Below, in pieces: positions 1 to 13,128 of a DNA stretch of 64,000 nucleotides (position 1 is its first letter; the number at the start of each line of letters is the position of its first letter). The notes beneath the pieces were generated by a model that was not told the origin of the DNA, searched no databases, and saw only the letters and a list, made by a program, of their open reading frames with translations. The position numbers and the translations under genes were made by a program. The DNA is from Felis catus (taxonomy: Eukaryota): the NCBI RefSeq assembly GCF_018350175.1, contig NC_058368.1, positions 115,570,001 to 115,634,000 on the forward strand, given 5' to 3'.

Positions 1-182
1 AGACTGTACTTTACGGCACAAAACTAATTGATAAAAGAGTATAATATTTAGCAAATAGGAGAAATGAGCATACAGAAACAATTTTGTAAGACAAGTGTAT
101 ACATTAAAACAAAAAAATAAATGAGGTTATATTGGCTTATGTTTAAAATCTTTTCCTGATTTTGCTTAAGAATTTTGGTTTT

Positions 183-905
183 GGGGGTGCCTGAGTGGTT
201 CAGTCTGTTAAGCATCCAACTCTTGATTTTGGCTCATGTCATGATCTCATGATACGTGGAATCGAGCCCTACATCGGGCTGTGCACTGACAAATAGGAGC
301 CTGTTTGGGATTCTCTCTGTGCCCCTCCACTGCATATGTACTCTCTCTCTCTCTCAAAATAAATAACCGTTAAAAAAAAAAAAAAAAAAGAATGTTGGTT
401 TTAGCTTGCTAAACAAGAATCAAAACAAGGCCCTGGGGCTCCTGTGTGACTCAGTTGGTTAAGTGTATGACTTTGGCTCAGGTCATGATCTTCTGGTTTG
501 TGAGTTAAAGCCCCACATTGGGCTCTGTGCTAATAGCTCAGAACGTGGAGCCTGCTTCAGTTTCTGTGTCTCCCCCTCTCTTTGCCGCTTCCCCACTTGT
601 GCTCGGTCTCTCTTTCTCTCTCAAAAATGAATAAAAATTTTAAAAAATCAAATAGGAATCAAAGCAAGGCCCTTTTACAGGGATTGCTTTACATATAAAA
701 TAGATGAGGGATGCCTGGATGGCTCAGTCAGTTAAGTGTCTTGACTTGGGCTCAGGTCATGATTTTGAGATTCATGATTTTGAGCCCTGCATCAGGCTCT
801 CTCTTATCAGCACAGAGCCTGCTTCAGATCCTTTGTTTCCCTCTCTCTCTGTCTTTCCACTGCTCTAGTGCATGTGCTCTCTCTCAAAAATAAATAAACA
901 TTTTT
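183..905 (+). mobile_element. Three tandem Can-SINEs (~183-388, ~435-650, ~707-905)
   Basis: tRNA-like GGGGxGCCTGGGTGGCTCAG heads, (CT)n bodies and AATAAA/A-rich tails. The first has TSD-like AAGAAT(T/G)TTGGTTTT on both sides. Confidence 0.9.
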
Positions 906-920
906 AAAAAGCCAGATATA

Positions 921-1144
921 GGGGCGCCTGGGTGGCGCAGTCGGTTAAGCGTCCGACTTCAGCCAGGTCACGATCTCGCGGTCCGTGAGTTCGAGCCCCG
1001 CGTCAGGCTCTGGGCTGATGGCTCAGATACTGGAGCCTGTTTCCGATTCTGTGTCTCCCTCTCTCTCTGCCCCTCCCCCGTTCATGCTCTGTCTCTCTCT
1101 GTCCCCAAAAAATAAATAAACGTTGAAAAAAAATTAAAAAAAGT
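921..1144 (+). mobile_element. Young felid Can-SINE (SINEC_Fc-like)
   Basis: CpG-intact near-consensus body (GGCGCAGTCGGTTAAGCGTCCGACTTCAGCCAGGTCACGATC). 14-bp TSD AAAAAGCCAGATAT at 906-919 and 1145-1158. Confidence 0.93.
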
Positions 1145-1659
1145 AAAAAGCCAGATATGGTATAAATTATAAAAGGAGTACATGTGATGAAAAATCCCAT
1201 TTACATTATTCTGTTCAGATTGGTCCGTTATGAGTAACTATAGTGTTTGATACCAAACAGGATAGGCCAAGTACTTAAACATGCATTATCTCAGTTAAGC
1301 CTCACAATAGTTCTTTTGGGTGAGTGGAGTAGAAATTGTAAACTACTTTAGAGAAGAATATAGTGAAGAGACTCAACGGTGGTTTCCACAGTGGACTCAT
1401 TCTCAAGTTTTTTGATACTGGTTTTGTCATTCGTGGTATCATACATTCCACCTGCATCAGTGTGGTGTTTGGGTTGAAAAAGTGGTTTTATTTCAGCAAA
1501 ATTCCTCGAAGTTGAGAGTGGCTGATCTTTTCATTAAAAGTGTTTGAACTCTGGGGCATAGAATTCATTTTTGAAGTTGTCTTCAGTATGCTGAAGTAAT
1601 TTCCCTTTGCTCTGCATAGTATTATCACATTCCTTTCTCAGAAAAGTTATCAGAGAGAG

Positions 1660-2549
1660 TTAAATAAAACTCCCCAAAGCATAAGCAATAAAAGAAAAAA
1701 TAGGTGATTTTACATTTAATGAAGTCTAATTTAGGTGCTGCAAATAATACCATTAAGAAAAAGAATGAAAAGAATGAGAAAATTTGTGCAAATCATCTCT
1801 CTGATAAGGAAATTTATTCACAATTATTTTAAAAAATCTTTATAACTCAACAGTATAAAGATAAATAGCCCATTTCTGTTTTTAATGACTAAAGGATCTG
1901 CATAGACTTGTCTCTAAAAAGAATTTACAAATGGCCAATAAGCACCTGGAAAAGATGCTCAGTATCATTAGTCATCAGGGAAATGGAAATCACATCCATA
2001 ATAAACTAACACTTCACACCTTCTAGTATGGGTAGAATCAGCGAGTCAAATAATAAGTGTTGATGAGATTGTGGAGAAATTGGAACCTAAATATCTTGCT
2101 GGTAATAATGTAAAATGGTACAGTTAAAAAATATGGTCGTTCTTCTAAAAGTTAAACATAGACTTATTATATGTGAGTTCACTCATTGGTTTATATCGAG
2201 GAGAAATGAAAACATGTCCACACAAAAACTTGTGCATGAATGTTCGTAGAAGCAGTAGCTGTAATAGCCAAAAGGTGGTAACAATCCAAATGCCCACCAG
2301 CTGATGAAGGCATAAATAGAATGTATGTCCATACAATGGAATATTCCATGTCAATAAAAAGGGAGTACTGATGTGTACTACAACATAGATGAGCCTTAAA
2401 AACATGCTGAGGGATGCTTGACTGGCTCACTCAGTTGGCTGTCCCAACTCTTAGATATTGGCTCAGGTCATGATCTCACAGTTCGTGGGATTGAGCCCCG
2501 TGTTGGGCTCTGCCCTGACAGCATAAAGCCTTCTTGGGATTTCCTCTCG

Positions 2550-2603
<54 letters not shown>

Positions 2604-2980
2604 GCCTCTCCCGCTTACATGTGTGTGCACGCACGCTCTCTCAAAATAGATAAACACTAAAAAAAATTTTTTAATAAAGGAAAACATAGTGACAGAAGCC
2701 AGATATAAAAGACCACATAATGTATGGTTCTATTTTTACGAAATATAGATCCATAAAGACAGAAAATAGATAATGGTTGCATAGAACTAGAGATCTGGGG
2801 GAAATGTGGAGTGATTGCATATGGATATGGGTTTCTTTTGGGGATGATGAAAATGTTCTAAAATTGATTGTAGTGATGGTTGCACAACTCTGTGAATATC
2901 CTGAACAACACTGGATTGTAAACTTTTAGTGGAAGAATTTTATGATATGCGGATTATCTCTCTATAGCTGTTTAAAACAT
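1660..2980 (+). mobile_element. Old L1 (L1MB/MC-like) ORF2-end and 3' UTR fragment, interrupted by a Can-SINE at ~2410-2680
   Basis: L1 hallmarks such as CAAATGGCCAATAAGCAC, TCATTAGTCATCAGGGAAATG and GATGAAAATGTTCTAAAATTGATTGTAGTGATGGTTGCACAACTCTGTGAATAT. No intact ORF. Confidence 0.85.
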
Positions 2981-3413
2981 AATAACCTCTCCCTTAACTC
3001 CTAACCACCCTTTTCAGGTGACTTGGGTCACCTACTGCTAAACTATTAATAGTGCCTACCTTCTAAGAGAATAAGGAAAATCTCATTAGGGACAGAATAA
3101 CTTCCTTACACTTGGTCATCTAGATAGTCTGCTGATACTACATTTAAAACTTAGGGAGTGTTTGAAAACAGTTGATATAAATTATTGTCAAAAAGTCCTG
3201 ATCAGGTCTTCCTGATGAATTGTATAAGGATAAAATAAAGTGTAACTGTGTAGCTAAATATTAGAAGGAGGCAGAATTTAATCTTAGGAAGAAACTGTTG
3301 GTCACAGCAAAACTTTGTGAGCTCCTTTTGACTATTCTAGCAGTCAAATCCCTCAGCACCATATTATTGATATTTAGTGTAAGAATGAAGTCTTTTATAT
3401 TCAAAATAATATA

Positions 3414-4975
3414 AGGACGCCTCGCTGGCTCAGGTGATAGTGCATGTGACTTTTTTTTTTTTTCTTAATGTTTATCTATTTTTGAGAGACAGAGAGCTAG
3501 TCAGGAAGGGGCAGAGAGAGAGAGGGAAACATAGAATCTGAAGCAAGCTCCAGGCTCCAAGCTGTCAGCCCACAGCCTGATGCGGGGCTCAAACTCAAGA
3601 CCTGTGAGATCATGACCTGAGCCAAAGTCAGATGCTTAACTGACTGAGCCACCCAGGTGCCCCGAGAGCATGGGACTCTTGGGGTTCTGAGTTCAAGCCC
3701 CATGTTGGGCATAGAAATTACTTTTGAGAAGGTACCTGGGTGGCACAGTGAGTTAAGCTTCGGCTCTTGATTTCAGCTCAGGTCATGATCTCAGTGATTC
3801 ATGGCATCAGGCCTTGAGTTGGGCTCTGTGCGAAGCCTGCTTGGGATTCTCTCTCTCCTCTCTCTCCGCCTCTCCTTCCCTCACGTGCACACAAGTACCT
3901 GCTCGCTCTCTCTCTCTCGCTCTCTCTCTCTCAAAATGAATAAACTTTTAAAAACTAATAGGAGCACCTGAGTGGCTCAGTCAGTTAAGCATCTGATTCT
4001 TGATTTTGCCTCAGGTTATAATCTCACAGTTCATGGGTTTGAGCCCTGCATCAGCCTCTGTGCTAATAGTGCAGACAGAGCCTGCTTGGGATTCTCTCTC
4101 TCCCTCTCTGCTCCTTCCCTGTTCCTGTGTGCTTGCTCTCTCTCAAAATAAATAAATAAAAACATGAAAAAAAGAAGATAAATTTAAGAATGAACTTTAA
4201 TAATACAGTGCTTTAGTTTTTAAATACCCATATTTAATGTACCATTACATTTTTTCCATTTTTGTGCAAAGATCTGGTGAGCAGAAACAAGTATACTTCC
4301 TGAAGGAAAAAGTGAGGCAAAGATTTATTGGTCATATAATCTGTTTCATTTACTTTTGTTTTGAGCTTCTCTTTAAAAAAAAAAAAAAAAAAAAGATTTT
4401 ATTTATTTATTTCAAGTTTTTTTTTTGTTTTTTTTTGTTTGTTTGTTTGTTTTTTTGAGAGAGAGCACAAGCAGGGGAAGAGCAGAGAGAAAGGGAGACA
4501 GAATCCCAAGTAGGCTCTGCATGGGCTCAAACCCACAAAAACTGTGAGATTATGATCTGAGCCAAGATCAAGAGTCGGAACCTTAACCCACTGCACCACC
4601 CAGGTCCCCCTTTTGTTTTGACCTCTTGGTGAATGTGACTCTCTGGAGATCTGTACTTGAATTCAAATGTGGGTCTCTTGAGTTTCATTCTCAAACTGTA
4701 ACAGATATTCTTGGTTATGTTTTTTAGCCTTAAAGCTTCATCTTTGGGGTGCCTGGGTGGCTCAGTTGTTAATCCTCTGACTTTGGCTCAGGTCATGATC
4801 TCACGGTTAGTGAGTTCGAGCTCTGAGTCGGGCTGTGTGCTGACAGCTCAAAGACTGGAGCCTGATTCAGATTCTGTTTTGCCCTCTCTGTCTGCCCCTC
4901 CCATGCTCACGCTCTCTCTCTCTCAAAAATAAACATTAAAAATTAAAAAAAAAAAAGAAAAAGTTTCATCTTTGA
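3414..4975. mobile_element. Cluster of about six Can-SINEs in both orientations
   Basis: A short + SINE at 3414-3725 is split by a - SINE at ~3450-3663. Further copies: + at ~3730-3955 and ~3960-4175, - at ~4398-4610, and + at ~4746-4960 with TSD AAAG(C/T)TTCATCTTTG. Confidence 0.88.
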
Positions 4976-5149
4976 GTATTCTAAAGAGTAATCAGTGAGA
5001 TGTGAACTTAACATTTAAACTCTCACGGAAGAGGTTGTAGCTTTTAGTTTGTGTAATTTGGTTTTCAGCATCAAACCAGGATGGTAGTGGGAGTTTTTTT
5101 GTTTTTGCTTGTTTTAGACTATCAAAACTTTTTAATTCATTACCATGAG

Positions 5150-5857
5150 TTTTTTTTTTTTTTAATGTGTATTTATTTTTGAGAGAGAGAGCCTGCATGC
5201 AAGCAGGGAGGGGCAGAGAGAGAAGGGAACAGAGGATCGATCCCAAGTGGGCTCTCAAGATGCTGACAGCAGGTAGCCCCATGTGGGGCTCGAACTCACA
5301 AACTGGAGATCATCACCTGAACCTAAGTCAGATACTTAACCAACTGACCACCCAGGCTCCCCGTGAATTTTTATTTTTATTTTCTTTTTAGTTTTTTGTT
5401 TGTTTTTTTTTTTTTAATTTTTTTTTCAACATTTTAGTTTATTTTTGGGACAGAGAGAGACAGAGCATGAACGGGGGAGGGGCAGAGAGAGAGGGAGACA
5501 CGGAATCGGAAACAGGCTCCAGGCTCTGAGCCATCAGCCCAGAGCCTGACACGGGGCTCAAACTCCCGGACCGCGAGATCGTGACCTGGCTGAAGTCGGA
5601 CGCTTAACCGACTGCGCCACCCAGGCGCCCCTTTAGTTTTTTTTTTTTTAATGTTTATTTATTTTTGAGACAGAGACAGAGCATGAACAGGGGAGGGTCA
5701 GAGAGAGAGGGAGATACAGGATCCGAAACAGGCTCCAGGCCCTGAGGTGTCAGCACAGAGCCCGACGCGGGGCTCAAACTCGCGGACTGCGAGATCATGA
5801 CCCGAGCCGAAGCCGGAAGCTTAACTGACTGAGCCACAGGCGCCCCGTGAATTTTTA
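5150..5857 (-). mobile_element. Three stacked/nested minus-strand Can-SINEs, including a young SINEC_Fc-like copy at ~5398-5631
   Basis: TSDs GTGAATTTTTA (5363-5373, 5847-5857) and TTTAGTTTTTT (5387-5397, 5632-5642). Confidence 0.9.
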
Positions 5858-5991
5858 GTTTTAACAGCTGCTAAGATTGATCCTTAAATGAAAGGTTTTT
5901 GAAATCTAGACATTCATGTAAGATACAGCAATATTTTATGCTTATGGCCAAATATTTTACCCCAAACTATTTCTAGAGAGTTCTATTACTT

Positions 5992-6004
5992 GGAAACTGT
6001 AGTG

Positions 6005-6042
<38 letters not shown>

Positions 6043-6280
6043 AGTAAACTCTGTACCACACGTGGGGCTTGAATTCACAACCTACAGATCAAAAGTCACA
6101 TGCTCTACCAACTGAGCCAGGAAACTGTAGTGATTTTTTTTTATGTATGTATGTATGTATGTATGTATGTATGTATGTATGTATTTTTAAGTAAACTCCA
6201 TACCACACGTGGGGCTCGAATTCACAACCAAGAGATCAAGAGTCACATGCTCTACCAACTGAGCCAGCCAGGTGCCGCAC
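5992..6280 (-). mobile_element. Two adjacent short Can-SINE copies with (TTTA)n and (ATGT)n tails
   Basis: Repeated GGAAACTGTAGTGATT...TAAGTAAACTC...GAGCCAG unit. Confidence 0.85.
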
Positions 6281-7162
6281 CCCTCCCTTATTTTTTATGG
6301 CATCATACTGATTCCTGAACTATTTACCAAACCATTGTAATTTCGGTCCGTGTTAGATATCCTCCCACTACCTTCTTACCTCCTTTTTTATACTTCCACA
6401 AGGAGAGCTAGGAGTCGAGAAGAGTTCCAGAGGGAGACTTGAGTCAGTGATTCCAGTAGGTATTCTTAAATTAACTAGTATAACAGAATACTCAATTAAG
6501 ATTTTAATGGTAGGTCTTCAGATGCTTTTGTTAATCAAATTCCATCTTAATGTGTTTTTAGTTTAGTTCATGTTTCTCTGCCTTGTTGATGTTGTAGATT
6601 CTAGATCATTTTAAAAAGACATAAATATTGATCTTTCATCTGTTAGTAAGGGACTAGTAATTCTAAAGCCCTACATGTAAGTGCTCTCAGTTTTTTCTTG
6701 CTGTAAAAGCCAGTCTTTCCTAATTTGAATATTATCTACTTTGACTTTACAGTCTTGCTCTATACCAGTATTATAAAAGGAGTCTATTGTATTTTAACGT
6801 GTTAAGGAAATGATATAACACTTGAAGAGTTGAATCTTTGGTTCTTTTTTACCCTCTGAAGTAAGAAATGCTGATTTACAAGTGGAGCTTGGGCCTTGTC
6901 AAGAATTTTTGTCTCCCTAATAAGAATTTTCAAGATCTTTTAGCCCAAATACTTTTTCATTATGCATCTTACCAGTGTTCTAGACTATACTAGTCATTTT
7001 CTTTTCTCTCTTCAGACTCAGATTTGATTTAGATTCATCATCCTGCCTAGGGCTTACCATATTGCTTATGAATAAACTGGGATTATACAGGGAATGATAT
7101 GTTATTATAGTGTACCTATAATGGAGATAATTACTTCATGATGATTTTTTGTTCTTTTTCAG

Positions 7163-7194
7163 TGTTCCATTGGCAAGCTACGATAATGGGGCCA
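7163..7194 (+). CDS. UBE2D2: UBE2D2 internal coding exon (32 nt, probably exon 3): (M)FHWQATIMGP
   Basis: Pyrimidine tract plus AG at 7161-7162 and GTAAGT donor at 7195. Translation matches the UBE2D/UbcH5 E2 sequence. Confidence 0.96.
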
Positions 7195-7248
7195 GTAAGT
7201 ATGCAGATTGATTTTGGAATAAATGTTGATATAATTCACTTATTTTAA

Positions 7249-7561
<313 letters not shown>

Positions 7562-8269
7562 TGATATCAAGATAAAGCAGCAGTGTTTTTTGTCTTTTAA
7601 AGGTTACTTATTTTGAGATGATGACTCTTATTCCTATTAAGAGGAGGTAGCAGTCCCCTTATTTTTTAGTAGACCTTGAGACCACTGGAGGGAGTTGGAT
7701 TTTCAGGCATAGGTATTCTTTGGTGTTTTGACTACTCTGTCCATTATGCCATTCAAGCTTAGGTTGGAAAATGGCCTCTAGGTATGAATATTTTTTAGAG
7801 GAAAGTTAAAGTAGAAGATAATTAATATCTCTTCCAACCTTGAAATCCACGAATGGAAAGGATAGATACTGTTCCAGAAAAGGAAATAACGGCCCTTTTA
7901 GAGGAATGCTTGTGGTATAAATATAGATTATGGGGTCTTGAAGAACAAAGGATAGGTGAATTCATATTCAGGCTCTTTAAGGTTTTATCAGGTCTGGTCT
8001 TGAGGTTTCTATTAGTAACAGATTCATCCTGTAATATGACCAGTTCAATAAAAAATTTTTTATTTGATCATCTTGGTTTTTTTCGTATATAGTCCTGTGT
8101 ATGTGTGTTTGAATGTATATTTAAAGATTTGTCACCAATTTTGTGATGAAATATCCAGTAGTTCTAAATAAAACCTAATTATATGAGCAGGTTGGGAATT
8201 TTTTATATCTGTGAACTGAGTAGTTAAACATTTTCTTATATTGTTGATTTGAAATTGTACAGCCCCTCA

Positions 8270-9540
8270 ACATCATACCCAAATGAAATCACAAGTAGAT
8301 TAAAAGCTGTCAAAACACAAATACAAGAAATAGGCTGCAAATGAGATGATAGGCTAGTATGTTTAAAATGGGAAGAACATACAGGGCACCTGGGTGGCTT
8401 AGTCGGTTAAGTGACCGACTTTGGCTCAGGTCATGATCTTTTAGTTCATGGATTCAAGCCCCATGTCAGGCTCTTTGCTGACAGCTCGGAGCCTGCAGCC
8501 TGCTTCAGATTCTGTCTATGGCTTTCTCTGTCCCTCCCAGGCTTGTGTTCTTTGTCTCTAAAATAAATAAGCATTAAAAAAAAAATTGTTTTTAATTAAA
8601 AAAATAAAATAGAAAGAACATATATAAAAATAAGTAAGAGAAAGATCCCAATAGGTGAATGGTCAGAAAGGAGCAAAACAATCAAAGAAATGAAAATTAA
8701 GTTCCCATTTTCCACCTTTTTAATTAACAAAGATCTTTTTAAAAAAACCAAATGCTGGTGAAGTACATTGAAACGGGTGCTTACATACCACAGGTAGGAG
8801 TATAGATTTGTAAATCCCAGTCAGTATGTATTAAAAGATAAGAGATTTAATCATTACTTCCCGTTGACCCAGTAATTCTAGTTTCATTCATTTGTACTAA
8901 GAAGATAGATAACCTCAAACGCTAAAAATGATTTGCGTGGAAGTGTATTTGTGAACCTGTGTGGAAATACGTTTGTGAACATATATTTATTTCTAAAAAT
9001 TAGAAATTAAAGATCCAACAGTAGAGGAAGAAATAATCAGTTCTAGCACACACTTTTAAAAAGAGTATTGATCCATGGGGTGCCTGGGTGGCGCAGTCGG
9101 TTAAGCCTCCGACTTCAGCCAGGTCACGATCTCGCGGTCCGTCAGTTCGAGCCCCGCGTCAGGCTCTGGGCCGATGGCTCGGAGCCTGGAGCCTGTTTCC
9201 GATTCTGTGTCTCCCTCTCTCTCTGCCCCTCCCCCATTCATGCTCTGTCTCTCTCTGTCCCAAAAATAAATAAAATTAAAAAAAAAAAAAAAGAGTATTG
9301 ATCCTTACCAATATTGTAAAAAATGGGAAAATACTATGTTTGAAAAAAGCAGAAAAGAGATAAAATTTGTATATATTATAGTTCGAGTTAATATAGAAGT
9401 ATGTTTGGGCTCTTTGCTGGCTCATTCAGTGGAGCTTGCAACTCTTGATCTCGGGGTTGTGAGTTCGAGACCTATGTTGGGTGTAGGGATTACTTAAAAA
9501 AAAAAATCTTAAAAAAAAAGTATGTTAAGTAGCTAGAAAG
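8270..9540 (+). mobile_element. Degraded old L1 fragments interrupted by Can-SINEs (~8383-8610, young SINEC_Fc-like 9077-9290, short copy ~9406-9520)
   Basis: A-rich L1-like segments. The young SINE has TSD AAGAGTATTGATCC at 9061-9074 and 9291-9304. Confidence 0.8.
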
Positions 9541-9629
9541 AAATAATGTGGGCATTTGGGTGATGAGATTTGGTGTATGAAATATTTTTCTTTACTATTT
9601 TGTTATATTTTATCCTTTCTTTAATGTGT

Positions 9630-9870
9630 ACATTTAGGCAGGAGGCAACATAGTTCCATGCTAAAAAACATAGATTCTGAATCTAACTGCCTATATTCAC
9701 CTCTCAGCTCTACCTCTTATCACATGAATCTTGAGGCAAATTAGCTTCTGTATTTCTCAGTTTTTCATCTGTAAAATAGGATGGTAATTCTAACCATTTC
9801 ATTACTATTATAAAGATTTCAAAAAGCAAAATGCATAGTTAATTGGTTTTTTGTAAGCACTCAGATCACT
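9630..9870. mobile_element. MIR SINE
   Basis: MIR core CTCAGTTTTTCATCTGTAAAATAGGATGGTAAT. Confidence 0.75.
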
Positions 9871-9957
9871 AGGATAAAGGCACTGTTCTAAAAAATGTTG
9901 GATATTTGTTGTTACAACTTTGTTGTTTTTATAAATATGACTTGTATACTCTAACAA

Positions 9958-10441
9958 TTTTTTTTTTTTTTTTTTAAGTAGGCACTATGTCCAGTGTGGG
10001 TTGGAACTCACAACTCTGAGATCAAGAGTTGCATGCTCTATGGACTGAGCCAGCCAGGTGCCTCTGACAATTTAAAAAAAAAAAATTTTTTTTTAATATT
10101 TATTTATTTTTGAGAGAGAGACTGAGCATGAGTGGCGTAGGGGTAGAGAGAGGGAGACAAAATCTGAAGTAAGATCCAGGTTCTGAGCTGTCAGCACAGA
10201 GCCTGACATGGGGCTTGAACGCATGAACCATGAGATCATGACCAGAGCTGAAATCGGATGCTTAACCAGACTGGGGCATTTAGCGTGCCTGGGTGGTTCA
10301 GTCAGTTAAGTGTCAGACTCTTGATTTCACCTCAGGTCATGCTCTCAGGGTGGTTAGATCAAGCCCCACATTGGGCTCTACATTGATCGTGGAACCTACT
10401 CAAGTCTCTCTCTGTCCCTCCCCTGCTTTCATGTGTGCATT

Positions 10442-10495
<54 letters not shown>

Positions 10496-10702
10496 AAAAA
10501 AAAAAAATCTGGGGCATTAAATTGAAAATTATGGCATCCCAGGCAAAAATATAAACAAAAAACTAAGAGAACACATTTTTTAAAGTTGAGGGGCACCTGG
10601 CTGGCTGAGTCACTAAAGCATGCAGCTCTTGATCTCCAAGTTGTGAGTTTGAGCCTCACATTGGCTATAGAGATTGCTCAAAAATAAAATCTTTAAAAAA
10701 AA
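9958..10702. mobile_element. Cluster of four Can-SINEs (-,-,+,+)
   Basis: SINE heads and tails, plus a long (CT)n at ~10447-10492. Confidence 0.85.
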
Positions 10703-10872
10703 GTGACTGAAATAGTTTTGCAGATAAGTGGGCCCTTTTCTTTTTGTAAGCCTCTTTGTAATTGAGGGGCTGCTTGTGAAAGTGTTGTTATTGTGATTTC
10801 CTTGCCTGGTTGTTCTTCCTTCACCAAGTATCAGTAAAGATAGAAATCCAGTAATGGGACCAAGAGAGGTAG

Positions 10873-10877
<5 letters not shown>

Positions 10878-10922
<45 letters not shown>
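10878..10922. repeat. (TG)n microsatellite
   Basis: About 22 uninterrupted TG units. Confidence 0.97.
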
Positions 10923-10924
<2 letters not shown>

Positions 10925-12942
10925 GAGGGGAAAGGTTTAATAGCTGAAATTGTTAACCATAGCTCTTTTTTTTCTTCCCCCTTCTGTGCTTAGTGTTGAT
11001 TTTTCAGTTACGCTACCTCATAAGGGCCATTAATTTATTTGACTTATGTTCTCTTTGTCTGGATAGCTATCTTTTAAAATAATTGCATTCTATTTTGTTG
11101 AACTTGATTATATCAGTATACCTAAGTTTAATGTTTTAATGACTCCTTTTTGTAAATTGAATATTTGGGCAAGTAGTTCTGTGAAAGGCCTGAATCCTAT
11201 ATGTGATATTATTCCTTTGTCGAGGGCAGTAACTTTGACCTGAAGTTCTTTCTGCTTTGAGTGTATATGTTAGGGATCTGAATATGAAGAAACCTTAAAA
11301 GAAGCAGTTAAATGTGCTATAAAGCCACTTGATTATATGTTTTTAGATTTAGAAGTGACTGTGGGTTATGACCCTGATGAAAATGAGTATATACTGATGA
11401 AAAATGATGTAGATAAAAATTTAGTCATTTCAGTGAAGTGTCTCTGCAGGTTATACAAATAGGAGTATCTTTTTATGGAGAAGGAATGTATAGTAAATTA
11501 TAAGCCAAAAGCAGTGTTGTATGACTTAAAAGGACCCTCAGTAGTACAGTAAGAATCTTTTTACCAGGTCCAGGTAACCACCACCCCACCTTCCTTTCCT
11601 TCCTGGAAAGAGTTAAAAAATTTATTTATTTAAAAAAATTTTTTTGAGGTTGCCTTATTGGAATAATTGGAAGAGAAATTTGGTTAGGGAATTTGTGCAA
11701 ATACTAATCTGGTAGCATGTCTAATTTCAGGTGAAGATTTATTTGAATTCTTGCCAATTTGATGGGCTGGACAAGTTTCTTCTTTCAGTAATAGTCAATA
11801 ATTTCATGAACATTCAAAAATCTGTAACTTCCTGTTGTCATTTCCAGGAAATACATGAAATCTTTCCTTATTGCTGTTAGAATGTTCTGTGCTTGAAGAG
11901 GGCATCAGGTGATACACCTGACAATGGGAAGAGAAGATGTTTTGGGAATGCCATCTGCCAGAATTGTGGGCAACAGGAATGAAGAGTCAGAAAACATCTT
12001 TCCTGATGTTTTTTATTTTCCATATACTCTTAAGGAAATAGCTTTTTTGTTAACAAAGTGAATGATAAAGGGCACGTGAACCTTTTCCTCACCTCTCAGA
12101 AGCCCTTGATCTCTCTAGGTAGGAAAATGAATTATTTTCCTGGTGAATTTGATGTTTTGGGAGTAAAATGAGCTTAGAATCATTGTCTCCTGCTACAGAA
12201 TATTAGAAATAAGATAGCTGAGTTCTCTTGCATCAGAATAGAAGAATTAGAATTTATTTTAGTATGTCAGAGACCCCTGGATTTAATACAATTAGCGGCC
12301 TTGGCCTCCTCCTTTACATTCAGTAAGGAATACATAAGTTTACAACAAATTTGAACAGAGGCAATTGTATTATTGAGATTTGTCTGCTGTGTTCCACGTT
12401 GTCACTGAGAAAATGGCTTAGATGAGATTCTAAATTGTCACTGAAAAGAATTTGAGAACTTAAAATGTTGTATCCTGTATACTAAGTATGGCCAGCTCCA
12501 TTTGGGGGCAAATACGGGCCGTTATGTTTTTAGACTAAATTGTTTTCAACTAAAAATGAAATCCATCGCATCTGAATGTAATACCTGTCGTTGAGAAAGC
12601 AGTGATTGTTCGATTTCATGGTTGTCACTTCTGAGAGCATTCAGTAGTGTGGTTGTCTTTGGAATTTTGAGAGCCATTTATTTCTGAAGATGGGTTTCTA
12701 AATATTGAGTTTTATGGCCTATGAAAAGTGTTGATCTAGGACTTGGAAGACCTGAATTCTAATTCTACATTAATTACTCACTAACCAGGGACAGTGGACA
12801 AGTCACTTCATCAGCCTGGGCCAGTATCCTTAGGGGTTCAAGCATAGAGAAATCCTACATGAATTTTTGTTGATTCTTGTTACTATAAAGTTAGGTAGAA
12901 CTCACAAAGCTCCTAGACACGACAGTATGAATAGGTTCTTAG

Positions 12943-13128
<186 letters not shown>

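Noticed and set aside
921..1000. tRNA-like A/B boxes at SINE heads
   Set aside because: They belong to tRNA-derived SINEs followed by (CT)n and A-tails, not to tRNA genes.
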